Assembly: GCA_964561945.1 (NCBI GenBank)
Contig: CAZLQM010000003.1
Span: forward strand, 1,954 to 65,953
Length of the DNA stretch: 64,000 bases
Source: an uncultured Gammaproteobacteria bacterium
GTDB taxonomy: Bacteria > Patescibacteriota > Microgenomatia > CAYXHB01
Direction of reading: 5' to 3'
Position numbers and translations under genes: made by a program. The notes beneath the pieces are model-generated. The model saw nothing but the letters and a program-made list of their open reading frames with translations. It was not told the DNA's origin and did not search any database. Of this stretch, positions 29,045 through 39,849 are shown one piece after another. The stretch's first letter is position 1; each line of letters starts with the position of its first letter.

Positions 29045-30589
29045 ATGTTCATTATAAATTCTAAACTAAAACTAATTGTTGTTTATTTAATAATAATATT
29101 GGCAGGTTTTGTCTTTGTTGGGAAAACGCAATTGCATACAGATATCTTATACTTTTTGTATGTTTTTAAGTCAATTATTGTTAACAATTTGCGATTAAGT
29201 GTTGACATATTTGATGTTAATACACCTATTACTTATTTGTTTAATTTACCGGTTGTTTTGTTAAATCTTAAGTTAGGAATGCCATTGGAAGTAACGTTTA
29301 AGATTTATTCGTTAATACTAGTATTAACAGTTTATTTTGGATTTTACAGAACCCTGTTTAGGGATCTAAAAATTATAATTTGGGATAATAAATCAGAAGA
29401 ATTTACCGGAGTTGTTTTCTTGACTTTGGTTTTGTTTACGGGACAAGATTTTATGCAAAGAGATTTTTGGGGAGTATATTTGACAATTCCATTTATTTTT
29501 TTGTCATATAGAAATTTGATTTTAGATAGAAAGCCATATTTTTGGGAAATTATTTTTGTAGTTTTGTTAGGAACTGTTGGTTTGGGGTTTAAACCGGTGT
29601 ATATAATAATGGTTTTATTTTGTGAAGTTTATTTTTTAATCATGACTTCTGGTAGAAGTCTTTTACGTAGAGAATTGTGGATTCTAGCTGGTGTGGGGAT
29701 TGTAGAATTGGTTGCTATGTATGTCTTTTATCCTGGTTTACTTCAAGAGTTCTGGTTAGGCACGCGATATTATCACGGTTTTGTAAGTCGGGGTGTGTGG
29801 GTGAACTGGGAGATGTGGTTTGGTATAGTGTTATTTTTATATTTGTTTTTGAAATCAGTTTTAAATAAAAAGTATAAATTTAATTTGTTTTTGAGTATTT
29901 TGATATTAAGTTTGTTAAGTACGGCTTATTTACAAGGAAAGGGATTCTGGCACCATTTTTGGGGAATTAGAATTATCTTGGGGATTTCGGCGGTGAGAAT
30001 AATTTATTCCCTGAAAGGGAATTGGAAGAAAATCTCAATAAAACTGTTTTTAAGTAAACTTATATTAATATTGATTTTGTATTTAATTTCTGTGGTGTGG
30101 TTATTTCAATGGATAGTAGCAATGCAACCTTTGTTGTCAGTGTCCAGTGAAGTATATGTTCAAAATGTAGAGTATTTTAAGTTGAAACTAAATTATAATG
30201 AAAGATTTGCAGTCGTTAGTACTGTATTATATCCATTTTCATTATTAGAGGAGTATACGGGGGCATTAAATGTTATGAGGTATAGAAATTTGTGGATGTT
30301 ACCTGGGATGTATTTTGGTACAGATTCGGATATATATAGAAATGTAAATCAAATGAATGTTGATGAATTAGGAGTTTATGAGAGTGTGATAGGAGATTTG
30401 ATAAATAAAGAACCGAAAATTATTGTAATTGATAATTGTAATCAGAAAAGTGGTTGGGTTAATAGATCTTTTGATTATTATAAATATTTTGGCCAATCAA
30501 AAGAATTTGATTTATTGTTATTAACTTTATATACGAAGGATACTTCTGTGTATGGGTGTTATGATGTTTGGGAACGTCGCTTGTTGTAA
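29045..30589 (+). CDS. Multi-pass membrane protein, possibly a GT-C type glycosyltransferase
   Basis: Many TM segments, D.N.P and QRD motifs, soluble C-terminal domain; divergent from the GT2 gene. Confidence 0.55.
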   Translation: MFIINSKLKLIVVYLIIILAGFVFVGKTQLHTDILYFLYVFKSIIVNNLRLSVDIFDVNTPITYLFNLPVVLLNLKLGMPLEVTFKIYSLILVLTVYFGFYRTLFRDLKIIIWDNKSEEFTGVVFLTLVLFTGQDFMQRDFWGVYLTIPFIFLSYRNLILDRKPYFWEIIFVVLLGTVGLGFKPVYIIMVLFCEVYFLIMTSGRSLLRRELWILAGVGIVELVAMYVFYPGLLQEFWLGTRYYHGFVSRGVWVNWEMWFGIVLFLYLFLKSVLNKKYKFNLFLSILILSLLSTAYLQGKGFWHHFWGIRIILGISAVRIIYSLKGNWKKISIKLFLSKLILILILYLISVVWLFQWIVAMQPLLSVSSEVYVQNVEYFKLKLNYNERFAVVSTVLYPFSLLEEYTGALNVMRYRNLWMLPGMYFGTDSDIYRNVNQMNVDELGVYESVIGDLINKEPKIIVIDNCNQKSGWVNRSFDYYKYFGQSKEFDLLLLTLYTKDTSVYGCYDVWERRLL

Positions 30590-31419
30590 ATTATTTCTCC
30601 AACAGTTATTAAGCTGAATATAAATAAACTTAATAAAACTCCGGCAATTATATCGATAACATAGTGATGGGATAGGTAGACAGCAGAGATGGAAATGGCA
30701 ACTGGAAGGAGAATTATAGGAAGAGTTTTTTTGCCGAAGAACTTGATAATCATTAGAGCAAAGTAAGTTGGGTAGGCTGCGTGGAGTGAAGGCATGGCCG
30801 CGACATGGTTGATCGAGAATTCGAGTATTTGCTTGGCATCAAGGATTTTGGGTGAAGGAAGTTCTAAATATCCATAGTAATCTGCCCACCAAGGTGGAGC
30901 GGCTGGGAATAAGAAATAAATAGTGAAGCCTAGATAAGATAATAAGATTAAGCCAAACATGAATTGCCAGAAGTATTTGTGATTGGTTTCCCAGAGGATA
31001 ATTCCGATGACTGCTGGAACCCAGTAAAAGGAAGTATAAAAAATTGCAGCAATTACTGTGATAATCTGGGGATCTGAGTAGTTAGTGGCCCAGTTTTGAA
31101 GTTGAATGGTAGGGATGGGAGTACCAAATAATTTTTGTTCGAGATTGATAAGGTCGGTGATATGGATTTGGTGAGGATTAAGTTGTTGGATGAAGTTGCG
31201 AAGAAATTCGTAGGCAAAGAGAACTGCAGTGAATGGTAGTGTGGCTAGTACGAAGCGCCATCGGTTCCAAATAAAGATCATGATAAGGAGGATAAAACTG
31301 GTGCCGATATTGGCAATTCTTAAGTATAAAAGGAAATATATATAAAGGATGACAAGGGTAATACATTGGAAAGCGATAATAAGTTTTTGGTTGGAGTTAG
31401 GAGGAGATTGAATAGACAC
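30559..31419 (-). CDS. PAP2 superfamily (inositol phosphorylceramide synthase-like) membrane protein
   Basis: FPAAPPW, AAMPSLHAA, HHYVIDIIAG. Confidence 0.88.
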   Translation of the reverse strand: MSIQSPPNSNQKLIIAFQCITLVILYIYFLLYLRIANIGTSFILLIMIFIWNRWRFVLATLPFTAVLFAYEFLRNFIQQLNPHQIHITDLINLEQKLFGTPIPTIQLQNWATNYSDPQIITVIAAIFYTSFYWVPAVIGIILWETNHKYFWQFMFGLILLSYLGFTIYFLFPAAPPWWADYYGYLELPSPKILDAKQILEFSINHVAAMPSLHAAYPTYFALMIIKFFGKKTLPIILLPVAISISAVYLSHHYVIDIIAGVLLSLFIFSLITVGEIIYNKRRSQTS

Positions 31420-31500
31420 TCTAGTTATGATGATTGAAAAAAAGTGATTTGTTAAGAAGCGGATTGGAAAATGTAGAGATATGAAGGTAAAAATGATATA

Positions 31501-31989
31501 TTGATTATTGTGAAAAAGTTTTTTGAACGAGTTAATGAGCGTTTTCTAAAAGTAGCAGATGCGGTGAGTTTTGGGATGGGAACACCCACGAATATTTTTT
31601 TCTGGATACTGGCGATCGTGATTTGGTTCGTGTTGGGATATTGGCGGAGTGATTTGTTTGTAAGGGGGAGCTTTTTGCCGGACTGGTTTACCTCAAATGC
31701 TTGGAATTTTCCTCTTAATACTATTACGACGTTGGCGGAGTTATATATTGGGTTTTTGGTGGCGGCAGCGACAAATCGCTCTGAACGTAAGTTGCGCAAA
31801 ATAATTATAACAATTAAAACTACCCTAGATAAGGTAGAGACTCTTAATCGACAACAGACTGAGATGCTGACGATGTTAATGAAAGATCAGAAACGTGAAC
31901 TAGCCAAAGAAAATGAAATGCTTAGGCAGGTAAAGGGTTTGACGCAAAGTATGGAGACTGATAATGTAGGGGGAGATGGAAATGAATGA
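31501..31989 (+). CDS. Small membrane protein (low-affinity iron permease/DUF1003-like)
   Basis: Two TMs, W.FPLNT.TT..E motif, coiled-coil tail. Confidence 0.55.
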   Translation: MIIVKKFFERVNERFLKVADAVSFGMGTPTNIFFWILAIVIWFVLGYWRSDLFVRGSFLPDWFTSNAWNFPLNTITTLAELYIGFLVAAATNRSERKLRKIIITIKTTLDKVETLNRQQTEMLTMLMKDQKRELAKENEMLRQVKGLTQSMETDNVGGDGNE

Positions 31990-32590
31990 TGGGAAAGTAG
32001 ATGAGGTACAGATTGAAAAAATGATTGAAGTTTTGGGTGAGAATGGAATTAAGGCGATGGTGGTCAAGACAAAAGAAGATGCAAAAACTAAAGTATTGGA
32101 ATTGATCCCTAAGGGCAGTGAAGTGATGACGATGACAAGTGTGACTTTGGATCAGATTGGTATTGCGAGTGTAATTAATGATGGTGATGATTATGTTTCG
32201 GTTAGGAAAAAATTATCTGCGATGGACCGATCCATTCAAGGTAGAGAAATGCAAGCAATGGGTGCAGTTCCTGAGTGGGTGGTGGGAAGTGTGAATGCAT
32301 TGACGTTAGAAGGTGAGGTGGTGTTTGCATCAAACACCGGAAGTCAGATGGCAGCCTACGTGTATGGAGCTGAACATGTGGTTTGGGTGGTGGGAATACA
32401 GAAAATAGTTGAGAATATGGAAATGGCGATGAAACGTTTGTATGAACATGTATTGCCGTTGGAGTCAGAAAGAGCTCATAAAGCTTATGGAGTAGATGGA
32501 AGTTATATAAGTAAGGTTTTGACTATTAAGCGTGAGGTTAGAAAGAATCGAATTAATTTGATTATTGTGAGGGAAAGTTTGGGGTTTTAG
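31982..32590 (+). CDS. LUD (lactate utilization protein C-like) domain protein
   Basis: SVTL.QIG, GSVNALT..G, G.QKIV, ESLGF end. Confidence 0.82.
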   Translation: MNDGKVDEVQIEKMIEVLGENGIKAMVVKTKEDAKTKVLELIPKGSEVMTMTSVTLDQIGIASVINDGDDYVSVRKKLSAMDRSIQGREMQAMGAVPEWVVGSVNALTLEGEVVFASNTGSQMAAYVYGAEHVVWVVGIQKIVENMEMAMKRLYEHVLPLESERAHKAYGVDGSYISKVLTIKREVRKNRINLIIVRESLGF

Positions 32591-32607
32591 AAATTGGAGG
32601 AGATGAG

Positions 32608-32823
32608 TTATCTTTTGGGTTCTTTGGGTTCAATAGTTTCAAATCCAAAGTATTTTTGTGTTTTATTTGATATTTTCGATAAAGTTTTATCAGTTATGTT
32701 ATTGGGTGCTGGTGGTTTATTTGATTTATATGGAGTTTCGCCTAAAATTTTTGCTGATTCGTGAAAACTATCGTCCCTTTTTGATTCTGTTTTAGGATTT
32801 TGTGGATGTGGAAGTTCGGACAT
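32608..32823 (-). CDS. Hypothetical protein
   Basis: 71 aa; TATAAT 6 nt before the ATG. Confidence 0.5.
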   Translation of the reverse strand: MSELPHPQNPKTESKRDDSFHESAKILGETPYKSNKPPAPNNITDKTLSKISNKTQKYFGFETIEPKEPKR

Positions 32824-32931
32824 GGTTTTATTATAGCAAATTATAAATAAAGATGTTTTAAATGTTGAAATTATAAGAGCATGAGTTTTATGGGAATTAA
32901 AGTAAGAATTTGTGTAGTAAAATAGCTAGAT

Positions 32932-34029
32932 ATGGCTTTGTCTATTGGGATTGTGGGATTGCCTAACGTGGGTAAATCAACTTTGTTTAATGCGCTGTTG
33001 CAAAAGCAACAAGCGTTGGCTGCAAATTATCCGTTTGCGACGATTGATCCGAATGTGGGAGTGGTGGAGTTACCGGATGAGAGATTGGGTCATTTGGCAG
33101 AAGTAATTGCGGGAGATAAAAATGCAAAACCGCCATTGGTTCGTGCTGTGGTAAATTTTGTTGATATTGCGGGTTTGGTTAAGGGAGCGAGTGAAGGAGA
33201 GGGTTTGGGGAATAAATTTTTGGCAAATATTCGGGAGACTGATGCTATTTGTCATGTTTTGCGGGATTTTAGTGATGATAATGTGATCAGAGCTGGAGCT
33301 GTAAGTCCTGTGGAGGATTTGGATATAATTAGAACGGAGTTAATGTTGGCGGATTTGGCTACGCTTGAGAAGCAAAGAGAACCAAAAGGTAAAAGTACCA
33401 AGGAAGAAGCAATTCGTTGGAGTGGAATAGTAAAATTGAAAGCTGGGATTGAAGGTGGAATGAGAGCTGCTGATGTGGATCTGGATGAAGATGAGATCAA
33501 ATTAACTCGAGATTTGTTTTTGTTGAGTTTTAAACGAGAATTATTTGTGATAAATGTAGATGAGAATGATTTGGGAAGTGCTAAAGATATCAGGGATGCT
33601 TTTGTGGATAAAGCTAAAGTCGAGGAACATCAAGTTGTAGTAATTTGTGCAAAAATTGAGTCTGAGTTGGTAGAGCTTGATGGAGAAGAGCGCAAGGAAT
33701 ACATGGAGACTTTGGGTATAAATGAGTCAGGATTGGATCAATTGGCTCGCGCTGGATATGAAACATTGGGATTAATGTCTTTTTTGACTGCGGGTGAGAT
33801 TGAGTGTCGAGCTTGGACCGTGAAGCGTGGAGCTAGTGCGGTAGAGGCTTCTGGTGTAATTCATACCGATTTTATGAATAAGTTTATTAAGGTTAAGATT
33901 TGTGCGTATGATGATTTTATAGCTTATGGAGGTTGGAAGGGTGCGGCAGAGAAAGGCAGGGTGCGGATGGAAGGACGCGATTATGTAATGAAAGATGGAG
34001 ATGTAGTTGAGTTTATGATTGGGAGCTAG
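32932..34029 (+). CDS. ychF: Redox-regulated ATPase YchF
   Basis: [40 protein letters not shown]. Confidence 0.97.
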   Translation: MALSIGIVGLPNVGKSTLFNALLQKQQALAANYPFATIDPNVGVVELPDERLGHLAEVIAGDKNAKPPLVRAVVNFVDIAGLVKGASEGEGLGNKFLANIRETDAICHVLRDFSDDNVIRAGAVSPVEDLDIIRTELMLADLATLEKQREPKGKSTKEEAIRWSGIVKLKAGIEGGMRAADVDLDEDEIKLTRDLFLLSFKRELFVINVDENDLGSAKDIRDAFVDKAKVEEHQVVVICAKIESELVELDGEERKEYMETLGINESGLDQLARAGYETLGLMSFLTAGEIECRAWTVKRGASAVEASGVIHTDFMNKFIKVKICAYDDFIAYGGWKGAAEKGRVRMEGRDYVMKDGDVVEFMIGS

Positions 34030-34395
34030 GATAATTGGTTTTGTGAATGTGGTAAAAGTGTTGGAGTTATATTAGCAGCTTTAGGTTTGGGATATTTTTT
34101 GTGGCCGGTTGATAAAGTAGTAATCAATTCAGATTATAGATATGAAAGTGTTTTTGAAATATTAGTGGGTGGATGTTTTCAAACTTGTGTGGGTTTAAGT
34201 GACTGCACAGTGTAGAGAGGATAAATATTATTGTGAGGAGGGGAGATGTTATGGAGTATTGATTGGGACATGTGTTGGTCCAAAAGATGATAAATTGGAT
34301 TTTGTAAGTTTTTTGCGAGCTAAATTTGGAATACCGCAGTAATTGATAATTAAGGGGATGATTTTTGGGCTAGGCTTTGGTATACTAGGCGGGCA

Positions 34396-34746
34396 ATGGC
34401 TAAAAAAGCAGTGACTAAGGTTGATAAGAATAAGGCAGTAAAATCAGAGGCAGTGTCTGTGATGGTGGCTTATGAAGTGAGTTTGGTGGTAAGTCCTGAA
34501 GTTGAGGAAGATGGACGTTTGAAATTGGTTGAATGGTTAAGAAATACGGTTGTAGCCTTGGGTGGTCAAGTTGATAAGACTGAGGAAGCTGGCAAGAAGG
34601 TTTTGGCTTATCCAATTAAGAAATTTAATGAAGCTTGGTATTATTTTTTTGATGTTCATATGCCGAGTAGTAAAGCTAAGGACTTGAATACAAAGATTTC
34701 TTTCGAAGAGCAAGTGATACGGCATTTAGTCGTGCGCGCTGATTAG
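34396..34746 (+). CDS. rpsF: 30S ribosomal protein S6
   Basis: YEV..V.P, LAYPIKK, VIRHLVV; rpsF-ssb-rpsR order. Confidence 0.93.
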   Translation: MAKKAVTKVDKNKAVKSEAVSVMVAYEVSLVVSPEVEEDGRLKLVEWLRNTVVALGGQVDKTEEAGKKVLAYPIKKFNEAWYYFFDVHMPSSKAKDLNTKISFEEQVIRHLVVRAD

Positions 34747-34769
34747 TTAATTTGTTATAGTAAAAAAAT

Positions 34770-35330
34770 ATGTCTTCTCGTTCACTTAATAGAGCACAAT
34801 TAATGGGTAATCTGACTCGGGATCCTGAGTTGCGTTATACACCTGCTGGAACTGCTGTTTGTTCGTTTGGGTTAGCGACTAACCGATCTTGGATGACAGA
34901 TTCGGGTGAAAGGAAAGAAGATGTTGAGTTTCATAGAATTGTGGCGTGGGCTAAATTGGCTGAGTTATGTGCTCAGTTGTTGCATAAAGGTCGACAAGTT
35001 TATGTAGAAGGTAGATTGCAGACGCGTCAATGGACTGGTCAGGATGGTGTGGCTCGATCGACAACTGAAGTAGTAATCGATGACATGATCGTGGCAGGAG
35101 ATCGACGGTCTGGGGGAGAAGAAAGCAACATGGGTGGTGTTGACTATGATGAACAGTCACAAGGTGGAGCTGCTTATGGAAGTGGTGGCGGATACGTGGA
35201 TGATTTTGCAAATGATACGAGTAATGAGGATGTAGATGAGAAGCCGGCAACTAAAAAGACAGCTACCAAAAAACCAGAGGATAAGAAAAAGACTGAAAAA
35301 GAAGAGTTAGATAAAGATTTGCCATTTTAA
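34770..35330 (+). CDS. ssb: Single-stranded DNA-binding protein
   Basis: LN...LMGNLTRDPELRYT, VEGRLQTR, DLPF tail. Confidence 0.97.
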   Translation: MSSRSLNRAQLMGNLTRDPELRYTPAGTAVCSFGLATNRSWMTDSGERKEDVEFHRIVAWAKLAELCAQLLHKGRQVYVEGRLQTRQWTGQDGVARSTTEVVIDDMIVAGDRRSGGEESNMGGVDYDEQSQGGAAYGSGGGYVDDFANDTSNEDVDEKPATKKTATKKPEDKKKTEKEELDKDLPF

Positions 35331-35339
35331 TTAGTTTGT

Positions 35340-35570
35340 ATGTTAAAAGTTAAACGCAAGGCAGTTCCTGTCAAGGATCCGTTCACGACAAGTGGCACCA
35401 AACCTTCATATCGGGATGTGGCTACTTTGTCTACTTTTTTGCGGACGAGGGGAGGGTTGTCATCTCGATTTTTTAATGGAGTGACTGCCAAGACTCAGAG
35501 GCAAATTGGTAGAGCAGTTAAGCGGGCTAGACATTTGGGTTTGTTGCCGTTTGTTAATAGTATCGATTAA
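35340..35570 (+). CDS. rpsR: 30S ribosomal protein S18
   Basis: YRDV..L, QRQI..AVKRAR.LGLLPF. Confidence 0.92.
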   Translation: MLKVKRKAVPVKDPFTTSGTKPSYRDVATLSTFLRTRGGLSSRFFNGVTAKTQRQIGRAVKRARHLGLLPFVNSID

Positions 35571-35620
35571 TTTCTTTTTTTGGTTGTGTCTGTTACGTAT
35601 TTTTCCTTATAATGGGAATT

Positions 35621-36436
35621 ATGTCTGACATGGTTAAAAAGGAAATTGAATTTCGGTTGCCGATTGTGGTGCCTGAAAAATTTGAGATATTGGTTGAGTC
35701 GGGTGATATCGTTAAGAAAAATCAAGTAATTGCCAAGGTTGGTGAGCCTCGAGTGCAAGTCTGGAATGTGGCTCGTGATTGGAATGTTGAGATTGGTGAT
35801 ATGGCGAGTTTACTAATGATTAACGAAGGTGCACGAGTTTTAGAAGGAATGGTGGTAATGAAATATGTTGATAAAAAGAATCATAGATATGAGTTGGTTG
35901 CTCCTTTCGATGGCAAATTGGAAGTTGATTATGAAAATGGGGAAGTGCGATTGATTGAAGATCCAAAAGTCAAAGAAATTTTGGCTAATCATGATGCAAA
36001 GATTGAATTGACTGAGGGTGTATGGGAATTGGTGTTTGAAGCGTGGGCTGTGAGTTTTGATTTTGGATGGGGTAAGAGTGCGGTTGGGAAGTTGGGTTTG
36101 GCAGGAGCTGATGTAGATGTGGTGACTTTGCCGTGGTTGAATCGAAGTTATCAAGGAGTGGCGTTGGTTGTCCCGTATATAACTCAACATTTATGGCATA
36201 AGGCAAATGCATTGGGTGTGGTGGCGGTGATTAGTGGGAATTTACCGTCAAACTATGAGTTATGGTTTGATGAAAATAGGGATGATGCTTGTTTGTTGGC
36301 GTACGGAGGAGATGAGTCAAAGTGGGAGGAGTTATTGAAATTATTATCATCAAGAGTGGGAGATTATGTTTATGTTTTGGGTGATAGTAAGCAATTGATT
36401 GTTGATAAGAAAAATAAACGACTGAAGAAAAGTTAG
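35621..36436 (+). CDS. Hypothetical protein with barrel-sandwich-hybrid-like repeats
   Basis: LVESGDIVKKNQVIA and APFDG motifs; ATG 7 nt after TATAAT. Confidence 0.55.
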   Translation: MSDMVKKEIEFRLPIVVPEKFEILVESGDIVKKNQVIAKVGEPRVQVWNVARDWNVEIGDMASLLMINEGARVLEGMVVMKYVDKKNHRYELVAPFDGKLEVDYENGEVRLIEDPKVKEILANHDAKIELTEGVWELVFEAWAVSFDFGWGKSAVGKLGLAGADVDVVTLPWLNRSYQGVALVVPYITQHLWHKANALGVVAVISGNLPSNYELWFDENRDDACLLAYGGDESKWEELLKLLSSRVGDYVYVLGDSKQLIVDKKNKRLKKS

Positions 36437-36474
36437 AGTATGGACATTGTTAATGGTATGTTATCCTAATTGAT

Positions 36475-37812
36475 ATGTCTGAAAATATAGACGCTGTTGG
36501 GGGTGCCAAAGTTGCGAAGGTGAGAGTGATTCCGTTAGTAAAATTGAGAAGAATTTTTTTAGGTTTGGGAGTGGTGGTTTTGTGTTTTTTGGGAGGATAT
36601 TCACTGGGACGACAAGATGCGATTCCGTTATTAAATAAGCAACCTAGTTTGAGTCAAAGTTTGGGAGTAATCGGCACGTCGGGAAGTGGTTTGGGTTTGA
36701 CTGGGAAGGTTAGTGCCAATGATGTAGATATGCAGTTGTTCTGGGATGTTTGGAATCAATTAAAACAGAGATATTTGGATCAGAGTAAAGTAGATCAGAG
36801 TAAGATGGTTTATGGGGCTATTAAGGGAATGGTGGCAGCTTTGGAGGATCCTTATACTGTTTTTTTGACTCCTGATGAGAATAAGCGATCACAGGAAGAT
36901 TTGCAGGGTAGTTTTAGCGGGGTTGGAATTCAATTGGGATATAAGGATGATCCAGAAACAACAGTTGAGGAGCGGTGGTTGGCGGTGATTTCTCCACTTG
37001 AGGGGACCCCTGCGTATGCAGCGGGAATTAAGGCTGGTGAGTTAATAATCAAAATCGATGGAAAAGTTACAAGCGGAATGAGTGTGCCTGAGGCGGTTGA
37101 ATTAATTCGTGGGGAGAAAGGTACGAATGTGACATTGACGTTATTGCCCGAAGTGGGGCAGGAGACTCGAGATGTGGTGGTGGTAAGGCAAGAGATAGAT
37201 GTGCCAAGTGTGACAATGGAGTATGTTGAGTCAAATGGTAAGAGAGCAGCGAGGTTGAAGGTAAGCAGGTTCGGAGAGAAAACAACAGAAGAGTTAATTG
37301 AATCGGCGCGCAAAATATTTGCTGAGTATAAGTCTGGAAAGATAAGTGGTGTGGTGCTGGATCTGCGTGGTAATCCTGGTGGTTATTTTACCAAGGCTAT
37401 AGATATGGTGGGATTGTTCGTGGAGAGCGGTGTAGCTGTGCAACAGGAAGATGCGCAGGGTAGAAGGGAGCCATATCGAGTGGATGGTAAGAATCCTTTA
37501 CTTAAAGATGTGCCTCTGGTGGTGTTGATTGATCAAGGAAGTGCTTCATCGTCTGAGATTACAGCTGGAGCTTTGCGGGAAATGAGACAAGCTAAGTTGA
37601 TTGGTAAAACATCCTTTGGTAAAGGAACGGTACAGGCAGCTGAAGATTATCCTAATGGTGCGGGGATTCATATTACGATTGATCGGTGGTTATTGCCGTC
37701 GGGAGCTTCAATTCACAAAGTTGGAGTTAAGCCTGATGTGGAAGTGGATTATAAAGCGGGAGAAAATGGAGCATTAGATACGCAGTTGGAGAAAGCGTTG
37801 GAAGTGTTGTAG
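36475..37812 (+). CDS. C-terminal processing peptidase (S41, PDZ)
   Basis: DPYT, LDLRGNPGG, SASSSEI, FGKGTVQ, GVKPD. Confidence 0.95.
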   Translation: MSENIDAVGGAKVAKVRVIPLVKLRRIFLGLGVVVLCFLGGYSLGRQDAIPLLNKQPSLSQSLGVIGTSGSGLGLTGKVSANDVDMQLFWDVWNQLKQRYLDQSKVDQSKMVYGAIKGMVAALEDPYTVFLTPDENKRSQEDLQGSFSGVGIQLGYKDDPETTVEERWLAVISPLEGTPAYAAGIKAGELIIKIDGKVTSGMSVPEAVELIRGEKGTNVTLTLLPEVGQETRDVVVVRQEIDVPSVTMEYVESNGKRAARLKVSRFGEKTTEELIESARKIFAEYKSGKISGVVLDLRGNPGGYFTKAIDMVGLFVESGVAVQQEDAQGRREPYRVDGKNPLLKDVPLVVLIDQGSASSSEITAGALREMRQAKLIGKTSFGKGTVQAAEDYPNGAGIHITIDRWLLPSGASIHKVGVKPDVEVDYKAGENGALDTQLEKALEVL

Positions 37813-37967
37813 GAATTTTGGTTCGATGATGTGGGTGAAGAAAATTATGGTGTTTTGTAGTTTGAATAATTAAATTAAGAATATGGACTACGACTGTGAG
37901 CAGAAATGTTGGGTAGATTTTTTGTTTTAAATACTGAAGACAGGGACAATCTTAATGTTGAGTATTA

Positions 37968-38633
37968 TTATTCTGATGTTTTGATGCGGAAGATATAGCC
38001 AGAAGTGAATTGGGTTTTGAGTTTGGAGGAGAGGGTCCCCGTAATGGTAATAGTGTCTTGAGTGTTTAGATCTGTGAGTTTGAGCGGGGAGTTGGGAGCG
38101 GTGATTTCGCGAATGGGAGTCGATGAGGAGAATTTGAGTGTGTACGTAGTTTCATCAGATGAGAGTTGGATTTCGGAGTTGAGGATTTTGGTGATGGTTC
38201 CAGTGATGGATTCGCGTTCGGGAAGGTCTGGAGTGGGAATGACTTGGATTTCGTTGGCATTAACTATGGTTTGAGTGTTGGCAAGAGTGCCTTTGATTAG
38301 AAGGAAATCTTGGATGGCGATATCATTGCGTTTGATTTCTTTGCGACCTGGGATTTTGAGATAAGTGGTAGCACCTGTAGATGCTACTGAGTATTCTTGT
38401 TCGTCAACGAGAATGGTTATGGATTGTTCAGTTAGGTTGGTAACTTGGCCGATGATACCAACTGGTCGATCTTCGATTTGGTCAAGTTTGGCTGCAACTT
38501 TTTCGCGGACAGCTTCGCGGATTTGATCGATGGTTCCAGAAGGTGTTGATTCTCGTGCAGGAGTAATAGCGTAGATGGGTGATGCAATTAATAAGGTGAA
38601 GAAGATGGCGGTGATCAAGATTGTGGGCTTCAT
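37968..38633 (-). CDS. Secreted protein with two OB-like (DUF5666-like) repeats
   Basis: Signal peptide; two G.(V/I)T..I....D.I...GT repeats. Confidence 0.55.
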   Translation of the reverse strand: MKPTILITAIFFTLLIASPIYAITPARESTPSGTIDQIREAVREKVAAKLDQIEDRPVGIIGQVTNLTEQSITILVDEQEYSVASTGATTYLKIPGRKEIKRNDIAIQDFLLIKGTLANTQTIVNANEIQVIPTPDLPERESITGTITKILNSEIQLSSDETTYTLKFSSSTPIREITAPNSPLKLTDLNTQDTITITGTLSSKLKTQFTSGYIFRIKTSE

Positions 38634-38637
38634 AGTT

Positions 38638-39090
38638 TTAGTTAGTGCTGTAAACAACAGTTTGGTCGATGCGTTTGGATTGTCCTTGAGGATCGATTGA
38701 GAAGAAAGTTAGATAATTGCTACCTTGAGTAAGTTTGATTTCGGTTTCAAATTCACCTTTTTCATTGGGCATTGTGGAAAGAGTATTGTTTTCGTTGATG
38801 ATTACAACCTGATCGTTTTTGGAAGTGAACCCGCGGATGATTAAGTTATCGTCGTTAACTAGTGCGTGAGGATAGGGATTAACAATGGTTAAACTTGATT
38901 GGTCTTGTGGAGGGGCATCGGTGGGTTCGTTAGATTTGGGAGTAGGTGAGTCTTGAGTTATGGTTGTAGGTTCAGGGGAGACGGTGGCTTGGTCTTTGAG
39001 TGAGCGAGTTGCGGTTACGATGCCATACATAACGATTATGCCTACAGCAAAACCCACAACGATAGGAATGATCATTTCTTTGTTCATCAT
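38638..39090 (-). CDS. Membrane-anchored protein with an Ig-like domain
   Basis: N-terminal TM, PT linker, G.F...I.L..G.N motif. Confidence 0.6.
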   Translation of the reverse strand: MMNKEMIIPIVVGFAVGIIVMYGIVTATRSLKDQATVSPEPTTITQDSPTPKSNEPTDAPPQDQSSLTIVNPYPHALVNDDNLIIRGFTSKNDQVVIINENNTLSTMPNEKGEFETEIKLTQGSNYLTFFSIDPQGQSKRIDQTVVYSTN

Positions 39091-39186
39091 TGGGAGAATA
39101 TCATGATGGAATGGTGGTGTCCAGAGTTTGAGGTCAAAGTAGATGGGACTTGAGATTTGGCTCGTAGGTGTTTAGAATGCCAGTAC

Positions 39187-39843
39187 ATGGATATTGTTTA
39201 TTTAGGTCATTCTTGTTTTAAATTACGGGGTAAAAATGCAGTAGTAATAACTGATCCATATGATAGTGAGATGGTAGGTTTGAAGTTGTCTAAACAACAA
39301 GCTGATATTGTAACCGTGAGTCATGATCATGGTGATCATAATTATCTTGAAGCTGTTAAGCCTAAGAGTGAGGATCATGTAGTAGTATTTGATACTCCTG
39401 GTGAATTTGAGTCTAAGGGGGTTGATGTGCGGGGTTGGAGGACATATCATGATGACAAACAAGGTGAATTGCGAGGTAAGAATATTGTTTATTTAATTGA
39501 AGTAGATGGAATTAGAATCGTACATTTGGGTGACTTGGGACATATGATTAGCGATGAAATTATCGATGCTTTGGGAGATGTGGGGGTATTAATGGTTCCA
39601 GTGGGTGGACATTACACAATTGATGCGGTAATGGCGATGAGCATTGTTAAGAAGCTTGAACCACGAATTGTAGTCCCAATGCATTATTATGATGCGGGAA
39701 TGAATGGTGAGAAGTTTGGTGAATTGGCACCGTTGTCGGTTTTTATGAAAGAAGCTGGGGTTGAAGTTGAGCCTGTAGAGAAGCTTAATTTGCAAGTTGG
39801 ATCTTTGCCGTTAGACACGACTTATGTTGTGTTGCAATCATAG
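39187..39843 (+). CDS. MBL-fold metallo-hydrolase
   Basis: YLGHSCF, TDPY, SHDHGDH, HLGDLG, PMHY. Confidence 0.92.
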   Translation: MDIVYLGHSCFKLRGKNAVVITDPYDSEMVGLKLSKQQADIVTVSHDHGDHNYLEAVKPKSEDHVVVFDTPGEFESKGVDVRGWRTYHDDKQGELRGKNIVYLIEVDGIRIVHLGDLGHMISDEIIDALGDVGVLMVPVGGHYTIDAVMAMSIVKKLEPRIVVPMHYYDAGMNGEKFGELAPLSVFMKEAGVEVEPVEKLNLQVGSLPLDTTYVVLQS

Positions 39844-39849
39844 TTGATT

